Positions 38,328 to 52,064 of a DNA stretch of 64,000 nucleotides are shown piece by piece. The notes under the pieces were generated by a model. That model searched no databases, was not told the DNA's origin, and was given only the letters and a program-made list of their open reading frames with translations. The position numbers and the translations under genes are program-made. The stretch is from NCBI GenBank assembly GCA_028534125.1, contig CM052818.1, positions 38,690,001 to 38,754,000 on the forward strand, in the 5' to 3' direction. The stretch is from Lama glama (taxonomy: Eukaryota). How positions within the stretch are numbered: the first letter of the stretch is position 1; each line of letters opens with the position of its first letter.

Positions 38328-38815
38328 TGTGGCAGATTAAAGATGGTCACAGATTCTTTACCATTCCTCTCTTAAGACCTGAAGTCTCTTTCCTCTCCCC
38401 TTTGAATTTGGGCTGGGCATGTGACTTGGTTTCACCAATGGGATACAGTGGAGGTAATGTTGTGGTAGTTCCAAGCCCAGATATTAAGGAGGCTTCCATT
38501 TTCCCCCTCCTGGGAGCCAGCTACCAGATTAGAAGTGTAGCAGCCCTGAGACCACCACGCTGTGAGAAAGCCCAGCCTGGCCACATAGGAGGATCATGAG
38601 GCATCAGACGTAAGTGAAGCTTTCTTGGACTTTCCAGCCTATCCCATCTGCTACTGAATGCAGCTGAGTGAGTGACCCAAGCCAATGCCATGTGGAGCAG
38701 AAGTCTAGCTGAGCCCTGTTTGAATTCCTGTCCCACAGAATCAGAAAGAATAATCATTGTGGTTTTAAACCGTAAGTTTGGGGATGGTATGTTAAGTAGT
38801 AGCAGATCACTGGAA
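38328..38815 (+). mobile_element. MLT1 (G/H-like) solo LTR
   Basis: tgtggcagattaaagatggtcacagattcttt...cagacgtaagtgaagc...gctgagccctg...gttttaaaccgtaagtttgggg. Confidence 0.78.
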
Positions 38816-40756
38816 TAAGGCAAAGGAGTTGAGTGTAAGAACTATTGAAGGGAAGGAGAACTTAAGCTTCTGGTATTAGTAGTCAGAAGGTCATTGATCA
38901 CCTGGAAGAGAACATTTTTAGTGAAATAATGGGAGAAGGAAGTTGCAAGAAGTTAGGAGAGAAGACAAGATGATAACTTAAAGAAGAAGCTGGTCAAGGG
39001 AACATTTTTTTTTTTTTACTACAAATGGGAGAGAATTTAGCATATGCTGAGAGGAATAGACCATCCAAGAAGAGATGTTTAAAATGAAAGAGAAATAGGA
39101 ACATTTGCTGGAGCACTTTTCTTTCTCTTTGTTAAGCCTACACACTTGAAAAGCAGGAAAATTGGATTTTTCTTAATTTTCACATTCTTGCAAAAGTGTT
39201 TTTATGCCTTTTGCTTGGTTCTTTATTTAATACATGTGCTTATACTTGATTCTTCATTTCAGTCCAGAAACCTGAAACAGTTAAAAATTAAGGTCATTAT
39301 CATTATTAATAGTTATACCCAACATTCGTTTGAAATTTACAAAACATGTTCACATTAATAAGGTCATTTAACAACCTAATTTTTCCCATTTTACAGATAA
39401 GGAGATTGAAGTTCCAAAGAGTGTATGTCTTTTCCATACGTCAGTTAGGTAGTAAATGGCAGAACTAGGACTGTGTTCTGTTCTCTACCTTTTCCATCAT
39501 CAGTCTTCAGGTGAGTTAGTTAGGAAGGTTATGATTATAAATAATTAGAGTAAGTTACTTTGACAAACCATCAAAACCTATTTGACCTAAACTTTCTACT
39601 GTTATTTCTTTAGTACTTGTGTTCTTCAAATACACAAGGACGGTTTTAGCGGGAAGTGGGTGAATGCTTTCCGGGGAGATCGGAGAGAATCGGGAGAAAC
39701 GAGAACATGTCTGAGTCTCTGGAGCATAGAAGATCAAGAGAGTTGGTAGTGAGGCGTGGACCAAGAGCAGAAATTAAACTCAAGTGAAATCAGAGCCCTA
39801 GAACTGAGCTGGGGCAGAAGGGAGCTAGAATATGAAGGGAACTGGAGGGTTCTGCAGACACAGTGCACAGTAGTTCTAGGGTTGTATCTGCATGACCCAG
39901 TAGTGAAAGCCTGTATGTGAAAATCCACAGGGGTCAGGCGGTCAACAACTACTCTGGTTTGTGAAAGACTCTCCATTTCAGAAAACAAATCCCAGCTCTG
40001 AGGAAGGTTTGTATTGAATATGATGAAATGCTATTTTTCTAATCACTTACGCGTTTAAATATATATGTTTATCTGTTTATGTGGGTGCACACACACATTA
40101 TCTTTTCTGAATTACCCAGGGACAACCTTGCTGAAAGTTGGACACATGGAAAGTTTCAGTTTTTCAACTTCAGCCATTTTTTAGTTATCTGCATATTAAA
40201 AAAAGATCCTGAAATTGCTTTCAAAGTGGAAAAAATTGTGTGGGCTTTTTTCATCTTTTCATAACTCAAAAACTATTTAATATATTTTTTTCAAACTTTG
40301 CAAAAAAAATCACCTTTGGGCTGAAATCAAGCATGGAAAATTTCACCACAAAGGGCTAATTTTTTGGAAAGCTGCAAGAAAGTGAAAACAGAGGTTTATA
40401 ATAGAACATTCTTCATGCATGTTAATACTTAGTACTTTATTTAATGCATTTCATCTGAGAATTTCTGTACACTTCTCAGTTTTAAATATTGAGCTGTTTT
40501 AATATTTGTGTATCCATGATATACTGTCAGATATGAAAAATTCCCCCCATCCTCTCAAAGGTCTTTTATATATATATTGGGAGTTAGTGAGATGTGTTTA
40601 AAGGGACATGCAGGGCAAATGAAGTGAAGTGGCTACTATCCAGAGAAAGCCTTACACTTACTGCCTAAACACATTTTATCACTTCTTCCTGGCCCAGGAG
40701 TAGTTGTGAGTAAAATATAATTGATGACACAAGGCACTGATTCAAATATCTGAGCC

Positions 40757-40925
40757 AGTAGTTCTGAAAGCCATATCAGCATTACTTGGGATCTTGTTAG
40801 AAATGCAAATTATTGGGCCCCACCCAGACCTACAGAATCTTAATCTCTAGGGCTGAGACCCACCAATCAGTGTTTTAACAAGTGCTGCAGGCGACTGTGT
40901 TGCATGCTCTAGTTTGAGAACCACC
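40757..40925 (+). mobile_element. MER5A-like MITE
   Basis: atcagcattacttgggatcttgttagaaatgcaaattattgggccccacccagaccta...gtttgagaaccac. Confidence 0.8.
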
Positions 40926-42584
40926 AACTCAAGCTTTCCAAAAGCTTGGAACATAGAATGTTGTAGGATGTTATGGACAATTAACTCTGTCCTTAGTCCT
41001 TCTGTGACATATCAGCCATGTCTTCTCATATTGTTCTTGGATGCACAAGAATACTAATCAAGTTCTCTAAAAGAAAGATCTTTTCTGTATTCCATGTATT
41101 CCAGCTCTTTGCACCTACAGCTGTATCCACAAGCACAGCAAGCCCCCTTGATTTGCTGATACTTGGCTTGTTCAGGCAAGCCACACAACCAAGACATATT
41201 TTCTCATTTCCATGAGTTATCAGGGTCAGACCTGGGATGGGACCATAGATTTCATTCTCATTTCTTTGAAGTATTAAGTTCCAAGATTTAAGCAGCAAGG
41301 TAGCAGAAATCTGTCGATGGAAGCTGATTTAATCTCTGCTTTTTTGTGTGCAGGTTCTCAGTCTTTTGTTCTGCAAGGGCCGTCTGCATTCCAGCAAACT
41401 CTATATTTTTATATGTTTAGACACTGAAGTAGTTGTATTTGTGGCATTGTAACCAATTTTGAGAATATATTCCTGGTGACAGAAGTCACCAGTCTGTTGC
41501 ATGTGGACCTTTAGCTAAACACTGGTTCCCCAGCTTGTGAGATTGAGACTTAAGCATGACCTGGGAGCTGTGTGTAAGCAGTTTAAGGTATATGTCTTCA
41601 GTTGCAACCCTTCTTGGTGAAGCATGAATGTAGCTACCTAAGCTAATATAAATGGAAAGGAAAAAGAGACATCTTTTGTAATTGATCATTTAAAATTTTT
41701 ATTATGAAAAATTTCAAACAGAGAAATAAAAATAATTGTGTAATGAATCTCCAGATAACCATTACCTAGATTAACATAGCTACTGATATTTTATCTTTAC
41801 CTCATTTTTTTTCTCATATACTTTCAGATAAATTATAGCATTCATGATATTTCACGCTGAATACTTCATTGTGTATCTTTAAAAAGGACTTTTTCCTTAT
41901 ATAACTACCAGGTCATTACCACACCTAACAAAATCAATGGTAATTCTCTGGTATTATCTAGTATAGTACCTACTGAGGTTTTCTTAGTCCACTCCCCTCC
42001 TCAAATGTCTTTTTACAATTGATTTGCAATATCTTTCTTTAAATTAAAAGATTTTTCTTTCCTATTGTAAAAGTTAATATATTTGTAAATTTTAGGGAAG
42101 TAGGAAAAAAGTAAAAAAAAAAAAAAAAGTAACCATGCCTTTGAAGATTACTGTAGTATCCAAAGAGACTTAACATTCTAAATTTACCACAGATTACTTT
42201 TATAACACAAGTAGCCTCTTAAAATAGTATGTGAGATTGTTTAAGGAAAGGTGTAGATGGACCTGAGAATAATTTATTATAAAGAAATTTGATGTAAGAG
42301 TTCATGATTTTAAAAGTAATTAATTTGTCCCATGACTTTCCATGCTTAGACCAGAGAGGATAATGCAATACCCTCTTTTTATTTTGTTTTTATTTAATAA
42401 GAAAGGAAAATGTGGGCTTTTTTTATATTATTATTTATTAGAATGTAAAAAATGCATTTAAGATACCTAATTCTCTTGTAGATATTTAGAATAATTAAAG
42501 ATTAAATTATTATCAACTTTTACTATAATTATTATTTATTATATATTACTATAATTATAATTTATGGATCTTATTTAATTCTTT

Positions 42585-42750
42585 CACCAACTCTTGAAGG
42601 GGGCTATTCTCTTCCCATTTTGTACATGAGGAAACTGAGACTTAGAAAGGACAGAAATAACTTGTTCAAGGTTAGACAGCTAATAAGGGACTGTGCTAGG
42701 AGTTGAACCCACATTTGTTTGACTCCAGAGTCCATGTTCTTAACCACAAG
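42585..42750 (-). mobile_element. MIR SINE
   Basis: cccattttgtacatgaggaaactgagacttaga...aacttgttcaaggt...gactccagagtccatgttcttaaccac. Confidence 0.82.
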
Positions 42751-44989
42751 GCTAAAAGTTTAATTTCTTATAAGAAGGAACTTGTAGACATTAGTAAAAA
42801 GAACAGCAGCTTCTCAGATACAGGTGCAAAGGACTTGAACAGGTAATTCACTGAAGAACAGCTGGTTAATAAAATCTATCCAAAAATGTGTACTTAGCAC
42901 AATGTGTGACACAGTGCTTAATAAACTAGTGCATAGTAGTACTTAATAATGTCTGCCTACTGGCTACAGTAGTACTTAATGTTGGATGAATGTACGTCAA
43001 CAGTTATTGGAATGAGTTGCTACTATTGCACTATTTTAAAGAAAAAGTTCATGGTTGTGTGTATTTATACTTCTATGCTCATTTTTAGAAAGTCTGAACA
43101 GGTAAACACCAGGTAACTTATAGTGGTTACCTCTGAGGGGTTAGAGGTAAGGGTGTATTGGAGGTGGAGACTACATTGTTTCTGCTTTTTTACAATGATC
43201 GTGTGTTACCAGAAAAAAAATGCATACCCTTTAAACCTACGAATTATTTTCTTTGGAATCTCTACTACGAAAATAATCTCAAAGATGGAGAACACATTCA
43301 TTACAAAAATATTATTTATTGTATCAAAAAATTGGAAGCATCCCAATGTCCAACTCTAAAAGTTTGAATATGGAATGTGCAACTATTAAAATTATATTTT
43401 CAAAAGACACTGTGATACATGAAAGTTTATTATAGAGTATTAAAGATGTTAAAATATAAAGAGAATATAGAGTACAACTCTATATCGAAAGAAAACATAC
43501 ATTTAAAAATTTGAAAATAAAATTACCAAAGTGAATATAGTGGTTGTGTTTGGTGAATTTTAGAGTGATTTTTTTTTTCTATTTACTTTTTGTTCCTAAA
43601 ATTTCCTTTGATGGCATATATATCTTCACTATTATAATCACTTAATGGTTATGTGTTTTCTTTCTTCTTTTAAAAAAAAAGCAATTTGATTTTATGACTT
43701 CATAACAGAAAGTTGATTCATGAGAAATAAAGTTTTTGGTAATTTGTTACACAGCAAGAGACAACAAATACAAGGAGAAAGAAAAAGGATAATGTCAACT
43801 TCATGGTTTCTCTGCAGGAGAACCCACCCCTGAGACCAGTATCGGCACTAAGTTGGTAGCAGCATCTTTGGCAGTTGCGCTATCCTGGCCTTTTAACTCT
43901 TCCTGCTCTACTCAGTTAGCTAGGCTTTTGCCCTTCCTTGCAATTTTTTATAAACCCTGCCTTCCCCTACCCCTGAAAATCATTTGAATTGTTGATAGGT
44001 ATATATTTTGATGGCCTGCCTCCTGATTGTTATTTGAATGTGATAACAAAATCACAGGTTGGGATTAGCATCATCATTCATCCTACTGCTAGGGTGAAGC
44101 AGACCTCATTGGAATCTCATCAGACCGTGAGGTTTATAGTGGTGAGGACTTTAAGAGGCTCAGGGGTGTGAGTAAGGCAGAGATGTTGTCTTTGTGACTA
44201 TGATGGAAATTGGATGGATACAGGTCTGAAAAATATAGCTTGTGCCTTGCTGCATTTAGACCTTGTTATGCTAAGGAACTGAGTGTTCACAGAAGAGCAA
44301 ATTAGAGCCTTCGGGGGTGGAGCGTAGCAGTCAGAGAAAAGATAACATAGAAGAGAGTGGAAACAGATGAGCAGAATTCTGTGAAATCATTTTTTTGTGG
44401 CTATTGTGTTCCAGCCGGAAGATTCTTTCAGGTCTGTCAGTTTGTGGAGATGAGAATTATAATTATGATCTTTAAGGAAGGAAAAATCTCTTTAATATGG
44501 TTACTCTGTGTGCATGAGACTTTTTTACCCTCCCTCTTGCTTATATGGAAAATCTGTGAACAATATGCAGTGTAGGCCACAAAAAATTCCCTGAAGTGGA
44601 AAAAGCCTAGCAGGCACTAAATGAAAGATGCTTCACAAAGATGAAATGTGGTTGCTTTGAGATCTTGCTTTCCAGGTTCAACCAATTGTATTTGGCTGGG
44701 AAGAAGCCAAATTATCAGGTAGCAGGGAAGTATATTGATGAATGGAAAAAGACTGAAGCCAGCATCATTTGTGGCAACCTGTCCCTAGGAAACCAGACAG
44801 TAAATCATTTCCCAGTATCAGTCATAAAGAGACCAGAGGAAACACACATGAATCAAGTTGATAGACAGTCCATAAACTCCATTTCAGCAAATAACTTCAT
44901 CTCACCAGCGTAGTTGAGGGAGCTGCTGTAGTTAGCCAGACTGAGTGTTGAAGATTCAGCCTTTCCTCTTTCATAACCTACTACCTCTT

Positions 44990-45192
44990 ACTTAACCTTC
45001 TGTTTTATTCAGACCTTCAGCTGATTGGATAAGGCCTACTAACACTGGGGAGGGCCATCTGCTTTACTAGGTCTATTGATTCAAATGTTAATCTCATCCA
45101 AAACACCCTCCCAGACACACCCAGATAATGTTTGACCAAATATCTGGTACCCCCATGGCCCAGTCAAATTGACACAGAAAATAAACCATCAC
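44990..45192 (-). mobile_element. MLT2 LTR 5' fragment
   Basis: ttcaaatgttaatctcatccaaaacaccctcccagacacacccagataatgtttgaccaaatatctgg...gcccagtcaaattgacaca...aaccatcac. Confidence 0.8.
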
Positions 45193-48100
45193 CACATAAA
45201 TAAACCATCACTGCTTGGTAAGGTTCTTTTTTAATTGAATACCTGGTGTTATAAGGTAAAAAAATTGTTAAGACAATGTGTGTATTTTCCTCCAGAGAGG
45301 ATTTACTTTTGCTTTTGACTAGCAGTTATAGTGAGGCTCAATCACTGTAATGCCATGAGGAACTGGACTAAATCAAAGCTATCTTTGTGAGGCCTGGTCT
45401 ATTAAGGAGTAGCCCTCTAGTGGTTCCCACTGAGAGCCCAGGGTGCCTTCTCTTTAATGGGCACCAAACGCCCAAGTCTTGACCCTTGAGCCACAAATTT
45501 CCAGAAACAGTTCAGCATGTTGGCCTTATAGCCATTGCTTGCAAATTGGTCAATAACTAAGAAGAGCTGTCGCAGCACACCTCTCTGAGTTTCTTTTTTC
45601 TCTAGAATTTTGGCTTTTCAACTCTCCTCTGCCTTTGATACTTTCAAAGTCACTTTGAAAAAACAAAGCCTCTTTCCAGCTTTTCTAATTGTTCTTGGCA
45701 GGCAGGTTGCTCTGCAGTGAGCCAGCCCACTGTCCTCACTCTGTTACTGCTGCTGCCTGGCTCCCAGTCCTTCACGCTTTGCCTTTGAGAAGTGTGCCCT
45801 TTCCAGTATTTTGTTCTTTATGTGACCTGTTTTTTCTCTGGACAGTTTTGGAATCTTCATTTATATTTTGTGATGATATTCCTTGGACCGTTTATCCTTT
45901 GTAACCTGGAAACTGGCATCCTTACCTCCTGAAAACTTGTCTCTTTTTTTTTTTCTGCTAATTTTCTCTTTATTCATGTGTTAAACTTCCAGGAAAGATT
46001 CTCTTGATTTATTTCATTTTCCACTGTTTCTGTCTTTTAAAGTTCTATACAAGGAGAAATGTGGGGTTTTCCGCAACCTTATCTTGGAACTCATCTAATT
46101 AAACTTTTGATTTCAGCCTCCATACGAGTAATTTCCAAGATAACTTCTAGTGCCTTCTTCCCTCTCTGTAGTATCCTTTTTATTTCATGGATATCACTGT
46201 CTCTCTCTGAGGAAAGCAGATTGTTGGAGTCTCATTGTACTTTTGCATTGTCTCTATTCATTCTGAATTCCTCTTTTCATGTTTTGCTTATGTCGATCTA
46301 CCTACTGTAAGGGAAGCTTTCTCAAATGTCTGACATTCCTTTGTTACCTATTGATACTCAGGAGAGAAGCACTGAAAATCCTAGGTTTTATGTGGGAGTG
46401 GGCCTTGTCAGCTAGGCAGCCTCACTCCAGGGTGATTGGACAAGTGTCCTGATTTTTTTTTTTTTGATGATATTCCCCAATGTCACTATCAGTGTGTTTT
46501 TTCTCTAAAAGCCATTCAGTTTCTCCCCCCAAAATCTTCAGATCCGCTGCCTGAGGGCAGCAGCATCCACATGAAGCAGCAGGAGAGGCTGGTGTTTGCA
46601 CGTGAGAGTGTCAGCAGCCAGTGCAGGGGCTTTCACTTAATCCCCTTTTCATGATGGCTCTTTCCCCTGCCTTTCTCTGTGCCTGGAAAGCTCTCTCCAA
46701 CTTCTAGACAGAATAAACCTCCGGTCCCAAGCTGGAGCTGGACAGGGGAAGTTGTTTAGGGGCGTTGGATGAGGCAGGCGTCCTGGGCGACCGTCCCTCA
46801 GCCTGACTTTGATTCATTCAGTTGTCTGTGTCCATGCACTGTCGCTGAGCACCTGGTGTGGACATGCAGGCCCTGCAAACAAAATAGGGAAGAAGCCCGC
46901 CTTCCCAGAGTTCACAGTCTGCTAAGGGGGGATGGTAATAAACATAAAAATTAATATGTTTGAAGGTGAGCCTACCTTGATAAAAAAGAGTAGAGCAAGA
47001 TAAGGGGGTTAGAAGTGCCGTGGCTGGGGGACCGAGGGCAGTGGGGGACTGGACTTAATTTTTTGACGCTTTACGTGGAAATCATTTCAGACTTACAGAA
47101 GAGATGCGAGGATAAGAAGAGTAAATAGGACACCATATTCGTTTTACTCCAATTTACTGTTGTTAATATTTTACCTCATTTGCCCTCTGCTCTTTCTCTC
47201 TGACATACATATATATGACAGAGTAGGGAGAGCAAGTGTGTGTGTGTGTGTGTACATATATGTAAGTAATGTATATATATGATGTTTCTTTCTGAACTAC
47301 TTGAGAGTAAGTTAAATATATCATGGCCCTTTACCCCTAAAGGTCTTTTAAGATGAATGAATTTTTTTAGTTGGTGACTAACATTTGAACTGGTAACAGA
47401 GTATATGATTCCTGTTTTCATCATATAGCATTTTCAGATACTGTGGGGGCATTTTTAATAAATTAATAAATGATCATATTTGTATGTCAATTGCAACTTA
47501 GGAGTTGGCAGAGATGCTTAAAGGCCCTCGGAAATGCAGGCCAATCCTGTTAGGGAAGGCAGTGGCCTTCCCAGAGGCACCTGGCCCCTCTCTGTAGAAG
47601 CCGAGGCCTTGGAAGTGCAGTGAGGCAGTGGCAAGACCCAGGAACTCACAGAGGTTTGGCTGAGCATAGGAGATACCGTGGCCCTACCAAGAGGGGTACT
47701 CCCTTCAGGAAGCTGGTGTGTCTGGGTGACAGTGGAGCAGGAGCACCCCCATCAGAGACCTTGAAGGAAAAGATATGTTAAGATGCATACATCTTTGATA
47801 CATCTTTATTTTTCCTAAATTAAAAGGAGGACAGATTCTTACCATTTTCATTACCTGGTATTGGGGTTCATGGACTTCCTTCAGCTGTTTGGGCCTAACC
47901 TTTTGCTGTGACTTAACCACTTGTTTTCCCAAGTTTTAGTTAGCCATCCTTTCAGATTCTGTGTAGCTTTGCCATTATTAACCATGAGGAAGCTGATGTT
48001 GCCAAAGGGCATAGTAGGTATGTGAGACTACTGGAGCTGTAGACATGGGGATGGGTTTGCTGTTGTCACCAGTCACTGAACTATGAGCCTGCCTGGAAAA

Positions 48101-51100
48101 CACTCTTCAATTCGGAGTAACAGATGCTCTGTAATAGGTAGTGGTACTACAGAGCAGCTTGTACAGAATCATCTACAATGGACCTGTGAGCATCCTTAAT
48201 TTTCTGTTTGACTTCTTAGTGATTCTGAATCTGACAGACTCAAAAGGAAGTGGATTCCAAGAGATTTTAAGCTAGGGAGAAGAGCATTTTGCATCCAAAA
48301 TAAAATAAATCTGAAGTGTATAAAATGACAGGAGCTTGAGAAGAATGGGTTATAGGAAAATTTTGAAGCTATGTTTCAAATGTTTAAGTGTAATCATAAG
48401 TTATGTAAATATCTCTGCAAATATGCAACCGTTCCTTGTAATTAGCAACCCTGACATGTAGATTAAATGCATGAAAGAGCCTTTTTTTCATGTTCAGGTA
48501 GTTGAAGTGTAGAAAAATCTCTGCTCCAGAAGATCTGAGTATAGTTCACATGAATGGAAAATGGTAAAAATAATCAGTTTCATGAATGCCGTCTACCTCA
48601 TGCAAAACAAATTGAAGTAACAATTTTTTTTCAGTCATCAGTAGTTGAAGGATTTCATGCTTTACTTCTTAAGATATAGAGCTATTTTTGAAGCTGAATG
48701 ATTTGAAGCACTTGTAAATGTTGGCCTATCTGTAACAATAATGGTAGTGATTGTTTCAAACATAGGCAATTATGTCACCGAACAATAATAATTATTAAGA
48801 AATTCTTTTGTCTGCAAGTATGTGGTGTAATTAATGGTTAATGGCATGGGCTCTGAAGTTACCCTGCTTGGGTCCATACTTCATCTTTGTCACTTTGTAG
48901 CTAAACCTCAATTTTCTCATCTATGGAATGAAGAAACTTGATAAGGTGGTTACACATAATAAGTGACTTAATGTGTATAAAGTACATATCCCAGAAGACA
49001 GTTAGCTGTCATTATTACTGTTACTCTAAGCACTTCCCTCTGTGGGGCATATTCCTGTCTTACTGATGTATGAAATTGTTAAGACAGAATATAAGATCTC
49101 AAAAGGCAAGCTCTTGATCATTAAAATAAAATGGAATTTGCAGTATATTAGCTGCATACATATGATTAAATAAGCTAAATAGTCTTATCCTAAGAAGAAG
49201 AAAACGTAGCCTTTTGGGGAGAAGAGATAAACTAGGATTATTCCTAGGTCTGTGCTTTGACTACTAGCAACTTTATCTTTGAAGGCTTCCTGGTTTATGT
49301 TGCATGTTCTCTAACATGTCTTAACAATGTTGGCAATAATACAAAAGGAAAAACTGTGTGCTATGTGTTCCTGTTTTCAACTTATGCAGTGGGGAAGTAC
49401 CCTGAAACTGCTGCGGAAGGTGGGCTCATGTGATAAACAAATAGGGAAAGTAGCAGTGATGCTGTTTTTTAAAGATGTTGAAATGCTGTTTATCATGGCT
49501 TCTTTTAGTCATAACATACTGGCATCATGGCTGCACCCCAGAAAAATGGAGGCATCTGTAATAAGTATGAGTGTATGGAAGATATTTTTTAGATTTTACT
49601 GTTTTTAAAAAATGCCTATTTAATGAAACAGATTGCACATAAACCATACCTGAACGTCATATGCCTTACCTATGGCTATACTTCAAATTGTTTCCTAACT
49701 TCCTTTCTGGAAAATGATTAATAGTAATAATAAAGTCAGGAAAAATAAACATCAAAATATTGTCTCTAATCCCCCCAACGTCCCCTGTATAAAAAGTCCC
49801 AATGTGTATATTCCCTTTCCTGTACTATTCAGGAAAACACGGTTGCGCTTCATTATCAGAAGTTGACTCTGTTAGATTTCAAATGAGAATGTGAAATATA
49901 TGAAGATATTCCCTTAGAGTAGCATGAATTGGCCAGCCTAGAAGTTCTTTCTTTAATAAGACAGTAATACAAGAAAATGTTTTGTCATGTATACAGATTT
50001 GGAAACCTTCTCTGCACAGCTGTGTTATAAAATTGGGTATATTTCCTTGACCTCGGTGGGTTTTTTTGCCAATAGATTTCTATATGAACAAAAGAAACTT
50101 TTATTACTGTGCCTAAGCCTATCAAATTTGGACTTAAATTTCATTGAAATTATCATCATGATATTTTGGAAAAGTATCTGTTTCACCCAACAGGTAATAA
50201 CTGTTGCTCTCCAAAGGCAAGAGAGGAAAACCAGTCTCATCAACTAAATACTAGTTGCGATAAACAAGCTTTGGTCTTCTTATATTTTTGAGAATCAATG
50301 ATGCATTCAGAGTACATATTAGAATTTCCTTATTGTTTCGGTATATTCCCATGATTTCAGAGTGCACTTTAATTCTCAATTTGTTATTGATATAGATCAA
50401 CCAAATGCAACCCTGTAGTTACTCATGTATTTTCAGAGTTTCCCTTGCATGCAGTTTTGTTTAACATGGGTCACAGTAATGGATCATTTATACAAAGTAA
50501 TGGATTGCTTCCTCTTTCTGCCAGCTGATTTGATCAGTCTGAAGTTCCTTATGTTCTGTGGGTTACATAACTAGTATGGAATCTGCATGGTACATTTTCA
50601 GTATGACAGTAACTGTGTTAACCATTTATATTCTCTAAATCTTTGAGAACATTTAGTAAACACAAGGAGGCCCCTTGTTTTGAAGTGAGTAAACGAAACT
50701 AAAATGAGCTGTAAGTTACCATACAGGACTCAATTACCAGACTTCTTGGAAAACAGATTATTTTCATTAGTTGATTGTTCTGGTTGACTGTGGATTGGCT
50801 AGGGGGAAAAAAATTATTTCTAACTTTCCCATTTGAAATGTTTGTAATGTGTTTTAAACAGTACAATAGAGCATAATTTAATTTTATTTTCCTAAAGAAT
50901 TTGTAGCACCTGAGAGTCCTAGTTCTGAATATTTTCTCTTGTCATCTATGGTAAATAAAAAAGATTTAGGGGATTAGGATTAAATGTACTGACCTCACAT
51001 TATTCCCTGAAATTATTTTTTTAACCAAATCCCTGATAGTAGTTGGTTTGGTTATTTACTAATGTGGTTAAAAGGTACCTGAAAGAGGAAAATAAAAAGA

Positions 51101-51439
51101 CGGAGAGTTGAATAGTTAAATTCTAGTTAGTGAAGATTGTATTCAGTAATATCTAATTTTCCAAGTATCACTTATAGGACATAGCCAAGAAACCTGAAAA
51201 TAAGCAAAATTACCTTTATGCTTTCAGAATAAAAAGCCCAAAGAACATATGAGCCCCAAGGCTTAGAGTGTCTCCTTTGAAGCTTGCTTTTATTCACAGT
51301 CCTAACCAGCTGGTTTCAAAGAAGAAATGGAATTTGGGCACCCTCATTGTCAGCAAGTGCAAATCTAACTAATGTTCATTATAACATAGTATTACATTAA
51401 ATGGCTATATCATAATTTATGTAACCTATTTACAATAGC

Positions 51440-52064
51440 ATAGAAATAGTTAAGTACCTAATCTGACAAAAGTTGCATAAGATAACGACTTGTAAAATGT
51501 ACAAAATATTTTTAGAGACACTTAAGTTTTATAATAAAGGGGGAACTATCCCACTTCCATGGGTTGGAACCCCCAGTATTGTAAAGCTATTGCTTCTCAA
51601 ATTACTTTACAAATTTAGTACAATTCCAGTCAGAATCTCAACAAGATGTTTGTGGAACTTGAACAGCCAATTCCATATTGTTTACGGAAACGCAGAGAAC
51701 CAAAAATACCCAAAGCGTTTTTGAAGAATGAGAAGATGGGGTTTAACTTGCTCTACCAAATATCAAAATATAAATTTACTCATTTAGTAAATAAGATGTT
51801 GTGCTCTTGGCACAGAGTTTAAAAAGTAGGCCAGTAAAATAGATTAGAGAACCCTGAAAAGGACCTATTCACATAAACACAGGACTTATAACAGAAGTGT
51901 CGCTGCAGAAAAGCAGGGAATGGGCAGCCTTTGCAGTTAATAGTGCTGGAACCATTGAGTTTCCATATGGGGAAAAAATTAAATTAGACCTATATTGCAC
52001 ACCACACATAAAAACCAGTTTCAGGTAGATTATGAACCATAGAGCTTTTAGAGATACTATTGAA
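51440..52064 (+). mobile_element. Old L1M ORF2 fragment (left part, split by the NUP88 retrocopy)
   Basis: IPLPWVGTPSIVKLLLLKLLYKFSTIPVRI resembles L1 ORF2 IPCSWIGRINIVKM..KLIYRFNAIPIKI; continues through atagtgctggaaccattg...accacacataaaaacc. Confidence 0.8.

Noticed and set aside
41325..41400. Possible cryptic acceptor (ttttttgtgtgcag) in intron 4
   Set aside because: Exons 4 and 5 already join in frame with an uninterrupted LDAH match; no coding similarity or clear donor follows.
43800..44950. Unique-looking, moderately GC-rich stretch checked as a second retrocopy
   Set aside because: No recognisable protein in any listed frame, and no poly(A) or TSD; cannot be supported without a search.
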